A DNA stretch of 24,000 nt from Geomonas azotofigens. Lineage in GTDB: Bacteria; Desulfobacterota; Desulfuromonadia; Geobacterales; Geobacteraceae. The translations under genes were made by a program, and so were the position numbers. This document shows, piece by piece, positions 14,133 to 23,726 of the stretch. Each line of letters begins with the position of its first letter. Position 1 is the stretch's first letter. The stretch spans positions 698,182-722,181 of the forward strand of contig NZ_JAHLME010000002.1 in assembly GCF_018919395.1 (NCBI RefSeq), read 5' to 3'. The notes beneath the pieces were generated by a model. That model searched no databases and was not told the DNA's origin. It worked only from the letters and a program-made list of their open reading frames with translations.

Positions 14133-14906
14133 TCACGGTATTTCTGCCGCTTGGTTTTTCACCAGTCGCTTTACCTTATTATAGTGGCAAGTGAATTTTC
14201 CCACCTGTTTGTCAATGTGCAGGTGGCCGAAATGCCAACTTCCAAAGGTCAGTTGCTCGTATATCTTTTGCAACATATCCTCTGTGGGGTCAGGAATACG
14301 TCCCGATTTAAGAAAGCCCGGGCGCAGACTGGCCGGACATGTGTGGGTTATCACATGATCGACAACCCAGCCTGCCCTGTCCAGGTTGCGGCAGGCATTG
14401 TCATAATCATCTTGCGTAGGCAATTCTTCCGGCCACCAATTCACCCCCTCTTTTCGGGGCGGCAGGTAGTCATACCCACCCTCCCAGCCAAGTGAAGGTA
14501 TCTTGGCGCCGAACCGGTCTTGGCTGATTGCTCCACCGAAGGCAAGGAATGTCTCACCTTCGATTTGAAAGACCTCTCCGCGTTTGAGATAGAATACGTT
14601 CTTACGGATTTGGTAGGCGCGTCCACCGTACAGATCCACCAGAGGAAACTCTCCGCCAAACAGCCTTGCGAAGTTTTCATGATTCCCATCCACGGCCAGC
14701 CAGGTAACTCGCTGCCGAAGCCGTGACTCAAGAAAATAATCCTCCTGGCGCCTGTGGTTCTGGTTCAGGTGGTAATCGTGGTACCAGACTCCACCGAAAT
14801 CGCCACAGCACAGCACGATATCGCCTTTTTTCGCAGGTTTAAAATTGGCAGACGACACATGCCAAGAGGTTTCGCCGCCGTGCAAGTCGCCGGTAACATA
14901 GATCAT
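14133..14906 (-). CDS. Calcineurin-like metallophosphoesterase (phage Ser/Thr-phosphatase-like)
   Basis: ORF track 14133..14951 (TTG). The ATG at 14906 gives MIYVTGDLHGG. Motifs are GDLHG, GDFGG, DGNHEN, THTCP and GHLH. Confidence 0.85.
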   Translation of the reverse strand: MIYVTGDLHGGETSWHVSSANFKPAKKGDIVLCCGDFGGVWYHDYHLNQNHRRQEDYFLESRLRQRVTWLAVDGNHENFARLFGGEFPLVDLYGGRAYQIRKNVFYLKRGEVFQIEGETFLAFGGAISQDRFGAKIPSLGWEGGYDYLPPRKEGVNWWPEELPTQDDYDNACRNLDRAGWVVDHVITHTCPASLRPGFLKSGRIPDPTEDMLQKIYEQLTFGSWHFGHLHIDKQVGKFTCHYNKVKRLVKNQAAEIP

Positions 14907-15188
14907 GATTGGCTCGTCATTTAAAAAGTGCTGGTCCACGGCGCATAACAAGCAGCTATCGCGAACGCGCCCTCAAAGAAACAAAATCATCGCCACGTGT
15001 TCCCCAAAAGATGCTTTGGCGGAGTGCATCTTTCACCTGGCTCCGGCTGGGGAATTGTTGCCGGGAGCTGAAAATCCGTATCGGAAATAAAAATCTATCA
15101 AAAGAACAGCTTAAATTTCTCAAACCTCTACTACATTTAGCCCTTCCAAGAAGGGCCGAAGAATCCCGGCATATTCCCCATGCCCGGA

Positions 15189-15446
15189 CTATACAATCTC
15201 GACAGTGTCACAGACCCTCTGAATAACGAAGGCTGTGAATTCTTTTCCAAGCCCGGTTTCAGGCTGATTCATCAGAGCATGCCTGAACGACTGATTGGTA
15301 AACCCCAAAGGGATCGCTGCTCCGGATATAGTTGCGTGGAGACCATCTGGGCCGTACGACCCTTTACTTTCGCCGCAGAAACAAGAGCGTTCTTGCCTAC
15401 GTAATGCCACAACGTCGCCACACCTAATGCAATAGATAAGCTTCAT
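15189..15446 (-). CDS. Small zinc-ribbon-like protein, paralog 1
   Basis: MKLIYCIRCGDVVALRRQERSCFCGESKGSY has a CxxC...CxC pattern. AAGGAGG lies upstream. It is clearly homologous to the adjacent 15517..15813 product. Confidence 0.6.
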   Translation of the reverse strand: MKLIYCIRCGDVVALRRQERSCFCGESKGSYGPDGLHATISGAAIPLGFTNQSFRHALMNQPETGLGKEFTAFVIQRVCDTVEIV

Positions 15447-15516
15447 CGCACTACCTCCTTAGAGAACTGCCCCGCCCCTCTCCCCCTAAATACCACCGTT
15501 AGCCGTGTCTCTCGGC

Positions 15517-15813
15517 TCAAAGCCCCTTATTGACGACGGTATGGGGGTTGCCTTCGCCATCATGCGGCCTAACCCAGCAGTCTACCTGGCAAGCTTGCTC
15601 ATACCCTTCGGTGGTTTGTTCATGTAGACAACCCATTCTGCCAATCGCTTTGAAAAGCGAGACATTATCGATGGCTATAGAGAATCCTCGTCCGTTGACC
15701 TCTGCATTCCTTTCGTCGAGGTAGCGGCCTTTAACGCGACCACACCGACAAGAACGCACGTTGAGCGAGAGACTAAATATATCGCTGCACTCGGTACAAA
15801 AGACTAGTTTCAT
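15517..15813 (-). CDS. Small zinc-ribbon-like protein, paralog 2
   Basis: MKLVFCTECSDIFSLSLNVRSCRCGRVKGRY has the same Cys spacing and conserved MKL, RSC.CG, KG.Y, G and N.S positions as paralog 1. Confidence 0.6.
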   Translation of the reverse strand: MKLVFCTECSDIFSLSLNVRSCRCGRVKGRYLDERNAEVNGRGFSIAIDNVSLFKAIGRMGCLHEQTTEGYEQACQVDCWVRPHDGEGNPHTVVNKGL

Positions 15814-15938
15814 GTTGCCATCATCCTTTCATGGCAGCGCAAACTGCGCCTGCGTTAACCACGCAGTAAAACCATAGCTCAACCACAATCCTAATTGCAA
15901 CACTTTTTTGCTACTAAATATTTTTTTAGGCGCGAGTA

Positions 15939-15952
15939 TACCAAATTTGGTA
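15939..15952. promoter_or_regulatory. Operator-like perfect palindrome TACCAAATTTGGTA
   Basis: 14-bp perfect palindrome in the AT-rich divergent intergenic region. A related site TACCATTTTTGGTG lies at 16016-16029. Confidence 0.3.
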
Positions 15953-16015
15953 CATACTTTACACTGAGACATCTGTCACATTTTATATAGTAAAAATGAG
16001 GATGATTTTTTTTGA

Positions 16016-16029
16016 TACCATTTTTGGTG
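16016..16029. promoter_or_regulatory. Second TACCA-N5-TGGT(G) operator-like site
   Basis: TACCATTTTTGGTG lies 77 bp from the first site. GCTACTAAATA direct repeats occur at 15910-15920 and 16082-16092. Confidence 0.3.
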
Positions 16030-16140
16030 TTTTTACAATAACAAAAAAATTAAATCATTGCTGGCCTGCACAATAACAGTAGCTACTAAATAAACGATGC
16101 GCAGCTGAAAGCTCGAGCAGCACATCAATGGAGAACAGTC

Positions 16141-16365
16141 ATGAAAAACAATACCGACACCCACAAGGTCCGGCCGGGGGAACCAATATTTATAACTCCT
16201 GAAGAACTTGCACATCGCTGGCACTGTGCCCGAACCAGCGTGGACAGGATCGCAAGACGCGAAAACCTTTCCAGAGTCTGCCTCGGAACCGGGAAAAACG
16301 GCATGGTGCGCTTCCTTCTCAAAGAGATCATGGAGTATGAGGCCTCGAGAACGGTTCGAGTCTGA
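16141..16365 (+). CDS. Excisionase/AlpA-like HTH DNA-binding protein
   Basis: 74 aa with GGAGA 6 nt upstream. FITPEELAHRWHCARTSVDRIARRENL resembles excisionase-family (MerR-like) HTH domains. The gene is convergent with the integrase gene. Confidence 0.65.
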   Translation: MKNNTDTHKVRPGEPIFITPEELAHRWHCARTSVDRIARRENLSRVCLGTGKNGMVRFLLKEIMEYEASRTVRV

Positions 16366-16395
16366 ATCCATGGCAAATGCACCAGCATGTAGCAA

Positions 16396-16431
16396 GGTGG
16401 CAGACGAGACATACTCGACCTGCCTGCCACC
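16396..16431. terminator. Hairpin between the convergent xis-like and int genes
   Basis: GGTGGCAG...CTGCCACC (8 bp) with an inner CGAG/CTCG stem. There are no strong U runs, so function as a terminator is uncertain. Confidence 0.35.
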
Positions 16432-16454
16432 ATGCCTATTTGCTTGTTGTTGTA

Positions 16455-17684
16455 CTACCTGTTATTGACCACCAGTTTCAAAGTAGCTCTTCGCGTTGCC
16501 GGCTCCGCGCCATCATCGCCCTTTGCAGAATCGAGCACAGCCAGGCCCTGCTCTACCGGAAATTCGACGCTTTCCATAAGTGATTCCGGCATGAGGGCCG
16601 CGTAATGCTTTCTGCACATTTCCGGGGAATTACCCATTAGCGTCGACACCTTATACAAACTTTCACCCTTCATCGCCAACTGACTGCCAAAGGTGTGGCG
16701 ATAATCCAAACAGGACCAGGACAGACCATGCTTCGAGTTACTCTCCCGCAGGAGTTCAGAAAAGTTGTCAGGATCCCACTGCCCACCCTTGGGAGCACAA
16801 AAGAACCAGATCCCCGGCTTCCTTACCTCGAGGTAGGAGTCCAGATGCTCCCTGAGGGCTTTACTTATGGGCACCGGGCGGTCCTCGCCGGTTTTGGGCA
16901 TCCACGTTTTGCCATCGATCGTCTTCCCTCGCACCATGATGACTCCGTGGTTGCCCATGCTCCACTCAAAGTCATCAGGAGTCAGCCACAGGGCCTCTTC
17001 CCGGCGAAGACCAGCGTAGATGAAAACGGCAACCATCGTCTGAAGTTGGGTATCGTTTGCGAGCACGTCAAGCTGAGTGCGGATATCCTTAAGCTTGAGA
17101 AAGGTGATCATGCTTTTGGGTACCTTGTAGCACTTGACGTCAGCTACCGGGTTTTTCCCGCCAGGAAAGCGCACCCCACCTTCCCGCTGAGCCCAGTTGC
17201 ACAAAGTGACTATGGTCTGACGATAGTGGTTGGCCGTTCTCGGAGAGACGCGCTTGTCCTTGATGAGCTCGGAAAGAAATGTGGACAGGACTTCGGCGCT
17301 GAGATGCTCGATGTGGGAGATGGAGATGATAGAGGCAGAGCCGGCACTCGGACGCTTCACGGCCTTTTGCGCGATGGCCTGGTTGCGAACCTGCAACGCT
17401 TCGCATACCGGACCGAAGGCACCGCGCAGGTAGGTGTTTATCTTAGGGATGTTCTTGTCCCTGCTGTGCCCGCTTTTGTACTTGATGTACTTCTCGAGGA
17501 TGTCGCCGATGGGGGTTTTGGTGGTAAGGGGAATCTCCTCTTCGCGGAACTGAGCCGACTCGATCTGGCGCAGTTTCTCCTTCGCGACCTGGAGGGACTC
17601 CGTGTGCAGGTTCACCCTCTTCTGTTTGCCGTTGTCGTAATACTGGGCGTAGTAGGCCCTGCCCCGCTTCTTCAGACTTGCCAT
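16455..17684 (-). CDS. Tyrosine-type site-specific integrase
   Basis: ORF track 16455..17792. The ATG at 17684 (MASLKKRGRAYYAQY) follows GGAGGA. Catalytic pattern: AGLRREE (R), PKTGEDRPVP, DYRHTF (H-x-x-R) and LMGNSPEMCRKHY (Y). Confidence 0.9.
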   Translation of the reverse strand: MASLKKRGRAYYAQYYDNGKQKRVNLHTESLQVAKEKLRQIESAQFREEEIPLTTKTPIGDILEKYIKYKSGHSRDKNIPKINTYLRGAFGPVCEALQVRNQAIAQKAVKRPSAGSASIISISHIEHLSAEVLSTFLSELIKDKRVSPRTANHYRQTIVTLCNWAQREGGVRFPGGKNPVADVKCYKVPKSMITFLKLKDIRTQLDVLANDTQLQTMVAVFIYAGLRREEALWLTPDDFEWSMGNHGVIMVRGKTIDGKTWMPKTGEDRPVPISKALREHLDSYLEVRKPGIWFFCAPKGGQWDPDNFSELLRESNSKHGLSWSCLDYRHTFGSQLAMKGESLYKVSTLMGNSPEMCRKHYAALMPESLMESVEFPVEQGLAVLDSAKGDDGAEPATRRATLKLVVNNR

Positions 17685-17764
17685 AAAAAAATCCTCCGCA
17701 AGTCCTATTGTGCAGGCCAGAAACCCCTTTCCCGCGGACGGGGTACAAAAAAGGGTACAGGCAT

Positions 17765-17798
17765 GAAAAAAGGGACTTGCAACGATGTGCAAGTCCCT
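17765..17798 (-). terminator. Rho-independent terminator just downstream of the tRNA
   Basis: The minus strand reads AGGGACTTGCA-catcgt-TGCAAGTCCCT followed by TTTTTT. Confidence 0.7.
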
Positions 17799-17808
17799 GA
17801 TTTTCTTT

Positions 17809-17885
<77 letters not shown>

Positions 17886-17902
17886 TCATGAACAACTCAA
17901 AC

Positions 17903-17931
17903 TTTATACTACACGGCTTCCGACAAGTCAA
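17903..17931 (-). promoter_or_regulatory. Sigma70 promoter candidate for tRNA-fMet
   Basis: The minus strand reads TTGACT (17931-17926), a 17-nt spacer, then TATAAA (17908-17903), about 18 nt upstream of the tRNA 5' end. Confidence 0.6.
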
Positions 17932-18029
17932 TGTAAACATTTGAGGAAAGCTAACAGGGATAAAGGGGATAAAAGGGATAACTGCAAAATCCCTTTGAGT
18001 GGTAGATCCCTTGCATCCTTCATCCTTGT

Positions 18030-18776
18030 TTACTTCTTGCCGCAAAGCCTCTGACGCACTACCTCGAAGAGGAAAATCCCGCCGGCAACGGAGGCATTCA
18101 GGGAGTTGACGCCTCCTTGCAGCGGGATGCTGACCACTTCGTCACATCCTTTTCTGACCAGGGGGCGGATCCCCTCCCCTTCCCCACCTATGACCAGGGC
18201 AACGCGGCCGGTGAAGTCCTGCTGGTAAAGGGTGCTCCTGGCTGAGCCGTCGGCGCCATAGATCCAGAAACCTGCTTTCTTCAAAGTTTCCAACGCCTGC
18301 GAGATGTTGGTGACCTGCGCCACGGCAATCGTCTCGGTGGCTCCGGCGGACGATTTCTCGACTACGGCGGTGACGCCCGCGGCACGGTCCCTGGGGATAA
18401 CGACGGCGTGGGCGCCGGCACAGGCGGCACTGCGGATCAGGGCGCCCAGGTTGTGCGGGTCCTGTACGCTGTCGAGAACCAGGATGAGACCGCTCGGGTC
18501 GCCTTCCAGCCCTTGAAGCACGTCATCGAGATCGGCGTAGGGGAAGGGTTCGACTTTTAAGGCAACACCCTGGTGGTGCTCGGTGCCGCACAGGCGGCTC
18601 AGGTCGCCCTTCTCGCGCTGGCGCACCGGGATCTTCTTCTCCGCGGCAAGTTTCAGCAGCTTCTCCAGGCGCTTGTCGGCACTGGTTCCGGCTACGAAGA
18701 GTTCGAATATCTTCCGCGAGCCCCTGAGAGCTTCCATTACCGGGTTCAGGCCATAGATGATTTCTTCTTTTGACAT
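18030..18776 (-). CDS. rlmB: TrmH/SpoU-family 23S rRNA 2'-O-methyltransferase, RlmB-like
   Basis: ORF track 18030..18824. The ATG at 18776 gives MSKEEIIYGLNPVMEAL. The SpoU motifs are LDSVQDPHNLGALIRSA and GGEGEGIR...IPLQGGVNSLNASVAGGI. Confidence 0.8.
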   Translation of the reverse strand: MSKEEIIYGLNPVMEALRGSRKIFELFVAGTSADKRLEKLLKLAAEKKIPVRQREKGDLSRLCGTEHHQGVALKVEPFPYADLDDVLQGLEGDPSGLILVLDSVQDPHNLGALIRSAACAGAHAVVIPRDRAAGVTAVVEKSSAGATETIAVAQVTNISQALETLKKAGFWIYGADGSARSTLYQQDFTGRVALVIGGEGEGIRPLVRKGCDEVVSIPLQGGVNSLNASVAGGIFLFEVVRQRLCGKK

Positions 18777-18953
18777 ATGTGTCCTCAAAAAGGTGGAGCT
18801 TCCGGACGTGAGTTTTCTGCTCACGGGAAGCTCCCTCGATGTTGCAATGTATCAGCGCAATGCGTAAGGGGGGCGAATGATTATTCGCCCCTACAGGTGG
18901 ACGGCTGCCACCCTGCCAACCTCCCCTCTTCGGGAGGAGGAGTGGATCTGGGG

Positions 18954-19676
18954 CTAGCCGGCGATGATTTCGTCTACGATCTTCTGGGCGGCTTCGACCG
19001 GGCTTTCCGCAACGGCGATGGGACGGCCGATGACGAGGTAGTCGGAACCTGCCTTGACGGCTTCGGCCGGGGTCATGATGCGCTTTTGATCGTCGGCGGA
19101 GGCAAAGCTCGGACGGACGCCGGGGGTGACAACCAGGAAATCGCTGCCGCAGGCTTCCCTGATCAGGCCGACTTCCTGCGGGGAGGCGACCACGCCGTCA
19201 ACGCCGGCACTCTTGGCCAGTTTCGCCAGTTTCACTACCATTTCCGGGACCGGGAGGTCGATGCCGATGCCGCGCAGGGTCTCCTCGTTGGAGGAGGTAA
19301 GCACCGTGATGGCGAGGACCTTGGGACGCGGGGTGCATCCGCTGAAGTTCTTGTCGAGCATTTCCATGGTCTTGTTCATCATCTCGTAGCCGCCCATGGC
19401 GTGCAGGTCGCAGAGCTGAACGCCGAGATTGGCGGCCTCGAGGGCGGCCATGGCAACGGTGTTGGGGATGTCGTGGTACTTCAGGTCGAGGAATACCTCG
19501 CCGCCGCACTTCTGGATCATGCGGACCGCGGCGGGGCCGCAGGCGGTGTAGAGCTGCTTGCCGACCTTGAACATGCCGACGTGCTGGGAAAGGAGCTCCG
19601 CCCAGTACTGGACGTCGCTGAACTCCTTCACGTCCATGGCAAAGATGATCTTCTTGATTGCTTCTTCTCTGGTCAT
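18954..19676 (-). CDS. pyrF: Orotidine-5'-phosphate decarboxylase
   Basis: ORF track 18954..19742. The ATG at 19676 gives MTREEAIKKIIFAMDV. It has DLKYHDIPNTV and a C-terminal VIGRPI motif. Confidence 0.92.
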   Translation of the reverse strand: MTREEAIKKIIFAMDVKEFSDVQYWAELLSQHVGMFKVGKQLYTACGPAAVRMIQKCGGEVFLDLKYHDIPNTVAMAALEAANLGVQLCDLHAMGGYEMMNKTMEMLDKNFSGCTPRPKVLAITVLTSSNEETLRGIGIDLPVPEMVVKLAKLAKSAGVDGVVASPQEVGLIREACGSDFLVVTPGVRPSFASADDQKRIMTPAEAVKAGSDYLVIGRPIAVAESPVEAAQKIVDEIIAG

Positions 19677-19702
19677 AATCGAAATCCTTAAAGTCAAAAC
19701 CG

Positions 19703-19823
19703 TTAGCCACGGAGAAAATCTGAGAACTTCCGAGATAACCAAAAAGAGAAAAACGTCAAACGGGTTACACCCAATGCTGTTGTTTCGTTCTCTCCGATTT
19801 TCTCAGATTTTCTCCGTGGCCAA
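19703..19823. repeat. Palindromic intergenic element, copy 1 (between proS and pyrF)
   Basis: The 21-nt arms GCCACGGAGAAAATCTGAGAA (19706-19726) and TTCTCAGATTTTCTCCGTGGC (19800-19820) are perfect inverted repeats. The element has the same arms and similar internal ends as 21606-21718. Confidence 0.9.
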
Positions 19824-19837
19824 TGGTGTTTTTTGGT

Positions 19838-21559
<1,722 letters not shown>

Positions 21560-21605
21560 TCGTTCGACCTCTAAGTGAATTTAAAAGCAAAAGAAAACAA
21601 GACCT

Positions 21606-21718
21606 TTGGCCACGGAGAAAATCTGAGAACTTCTGAGAAAACCAAAAACATAAGACGGGTTTCCCCCCCAAAAGTCTTTTGCTTCTCTCAGATTTCCTCA
21701 GATTTTCTCCGTGGCCAA
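21606..21718. repeat. Palindromic intergenic element, copy 2 (between ispG and proS)
   Basis: GCCACGGAGAAAATCTGAGAA (21609-21629) and TCCTCAGATTTTCTCCGTGGC (21695-21715). It shares CTTCYGAGAWAACCAAAAA after the left arm with copy 1. Confidence 0.9.
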
Positions 21719-21723
21719 TGGTT

Positions 21724-22770
21724 TTAAGGTTTTAACACTTCCTCTATCAACGCGTCGGCGAGCTTGTCCTGGGGGACTTTGCGCAGGATCTCGCCGTGCT
21801 TGAACAGCAACCCCTCTCCCCTGCCGCCGGCAATGCCGAAGTCGGCCTCGCGCGCCTCGCCGGGCCCGTTCACGGAACATCCCATGACGGCCACGGTGAT
21901 GTTCTTGTCCAAGTGCGCCAGGCGACGCTCGACTTCCTCGGCCACCGGGATCAAATCGATCTGGCACCTGCCGCAGGTCGGGCAGGAGACAAAGTTGATG
22001 CCGCGCTGCCGAAGCCCCAGCGACTTCAATATGTCGTAGGCCACGCGCACCTCGTGCACCGGATCGCCGGTGAGCGATACGCGCATGGTGTCGCCGATCC
22101 CCTGGTGCAGCAGGATGCCGAGGCCGACGGAAGACTTGATGGTGCCGGAGAAGATGGTGCCGGCCTCGGTGACGCCGATGTGCAGCGGGTAGTCGACCGC
22201 CTCGGAGAGGAGCCGGTACGCCTCCAGGGTCCGCAGCACGTCGGAGACCTTAATGGAGATCTTGATTTCCTGGTAGTTGAGCTCTTCCAGGATCCTCACG
22301 TGCCCCAGGGCGGATTCGACCATCGCCTCGGGTGTGGGGTGCCCGTACTTGACCAGGAGTTCCTTCTCCAGTGACCCGCCGTTCACGCCGATCCGGATCG
22401 GGATCTGCCGCTCGGCGGCAGCCTTCACCACCTCGGCCACCTTCCAGCGCTCGCCGATGTTGCCGGGGTTCAGGCGCAGGCCGTCGACGCCGGATTCCAG
22501 CGCCTGCAGGGCCAGCTTATAGTCGAAGTGGATGTCGGCGATGAGCGGGATGGCGCTGCCTGCCTTGATGGCGGCCAGGGCCTTGGCGGCGTCCAGGTCG
22601 GGTACCGCGCAGCGCACGATCTCGCAGCCGCCCTCGGCCAGGCGGCCGATCTGCTCGAGGGTCGCGGCCACGTTTCTCGTGTCGGTGGAACACATGGACT
22701 GTACGGAGCAGGGAGCGCCGCCACCGATCGGCACGTTGCCTATCTTTATCTGCCGGGTGAGCTTTTTCAT
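21724..22770 (-). CDS. ispG: 4-hydroxy-3-methylbut-2-en-1-yl diphosphate synthase (IspG/GcpE)
   Basis: 348 aa. MKKLTRQIKIGNVPIGGGAPCSVQSMCSTDTRNVAATLEQI plus the C-terminal Cys cluster FVSCPTCGRC...MGCSVNGPGE. Confidence 0.95.
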   Translation of the reverse strand: MKKLTRQIKIGNVPIGGGAPCSVQSMCSTDTRNVAATLEQIGRLAEGGCEIVRCAVPDLDAAKALAAIKAGSAIPLIADIHFDYKLALQALESGVDGLRLNPGNIGERWKVAEVVKAAAERQIPIRIGVNGGSLEKELLVKYGHPTPEAMVESALGHVRILEELNYQEIKISIKVSDVLRTLEAYRLLSEAVDYPLHIGVTEAGTIFSGTIKSSVGLGILLHQGIGDTMRVSLTGDPVHEVRVAYDILKSLGLRQRGINFVSCPTCGRCQIDLIPVAEEVERRLAHLDKNITVAVMGCSVNGPGEAREADFGIAGGRGEGLLFKHGEILRKVPQDKLADALIEEVLKP

Positions 22771-22928
22771 AGCGGGACATAGTAGCTAAATCTATGGGGA
22801 AAAGCAAGGAGGATCACCCCCCACCGTCACTGCGGCAGGCAGCGGCGATTGGCAAATTCCTGCGCCACTAATTAGCGGGAGGACTATACTGTGCCTATTG
22901 GAGGTAAAAGAGACAGGAGGTACCCGTC

Positions 22929-23582
22929 ATGAGTAAACTGGATCTGCTCAATCCAACCAACAGCACGGTCATCTTCATCGACTTTCAGCCCCAGATGACT
23001 TTCGGCGTTGCCAGTATCGACCGACAAACCCTTTTCAACAACGTGATCCTCTTGGCTAAGGCCGCCAGGATCTTTCGCGTCCCCACCATCCTCACCACCG
23101 TCGAAACCAAGAGTTTCTCCGGTAACATGTGGCCCCAGCTCCTGGACATCTTCCCTGATAACGACATCATCGAACGCAGCTCCATGAACTCCTGGGACGA
23201 TCCGAAGTTCGTCGAGGCGGTGCAGGCCACGGGGCGCACCAAGCTGATCATGGCCGCGCTCTGGACCGAGGTCTGCCTGGCCTTCCCCGCCCTGGAGGCC
23301 ATGAAGGCCGGCTTCGAGGTGTACGCGGTGGAAGACGCTTCGGGTGGCACCAGCGTCGCGGCGCACAACGCGGCCATGCGCCGCATCGAACAGGCCGGGG
23401 CGGTGCCTATGACGTCGCTGCAGGTGATGCTGGAGTACCAGAGAACCTGGGCCCGCAAGGAAACCTACGACGACGTGATCGCCGTGGTGAAGGAGCATTG
23501 CGGCGCCTACGGGCAGGGGGTCGAGTACGCCTATACCATGGTGCATGGGGCGCCGGCCAGCAGGCACAACAGCGGCCTGTAG
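22929..23582 (+). CDS. Isochorismatase-family cysteine hydrolase (YcaC-like)
   Basis: 217 aa with AGGAGG 8 nt upstream. VIFIDFQPQM...KLIMAALWTEVCLAFPALEA gives the catalytic D/K/C layout. Confidence 0.85.
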   Translation: MSKLDLLNPTNSTVIFIDFQPQMTFGVASIDRQTLFNNVILLAKAARIFRVPTILTTVETKSFSGNMWPQLLDIFPDNDIIERSSMNSWDDPKFVEAVQATGRTKLIMAALWTEVCLAFPALEAMKAGFEVYAVEDASGGTSVAAHNAAMRRIEQAGAVPMTSLQVMLEYQRTWARKETYDDVIAVVKEHCGAYGQGVEYAYTMVHGAPASRHNSGL

Positions 23583-23677
23583 GGGGTTAGCTGTGGCAGC
23601 TTCCCCCTCCCTAACCCGCCCCCTCCAGGGGAGGGGACTTCGCAGCATGGTTGCCATACATCGGGCTGTACGTTCGG

Positions 23678-23712
23678 CAGGCAGGGGCTCAGTCCCCTGC
23701 CTGTGTCTTTTT
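23678..23712 (+). terminator. Rho-independent terminator after the hydrolase gene
   Basis: CAGGCAGGGG-ctcagt-CCCCTGCCTG (10 bp) followed by TGTCTTTTT. Confidence 0.65.
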
Positions 23713-23726
23713 GGGGAGGCACAACA

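Larger units (their letters stand above)
13888..17808. mobile_element. Integrase-proximal integrative element adjacent to tRNA-fMet (int, xis-like, two zinc-ribbon genes, phosphoesterase)
   Basis: A tyrosine integrase gene lies directly downstream of the tRNA 3' end. An excisionase-like HTH gene is present. A tRNA-3'-end-like relic sits at the distal side. Composition shifts relative to the core genes right of the tRNA. Confidence 0.5.
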
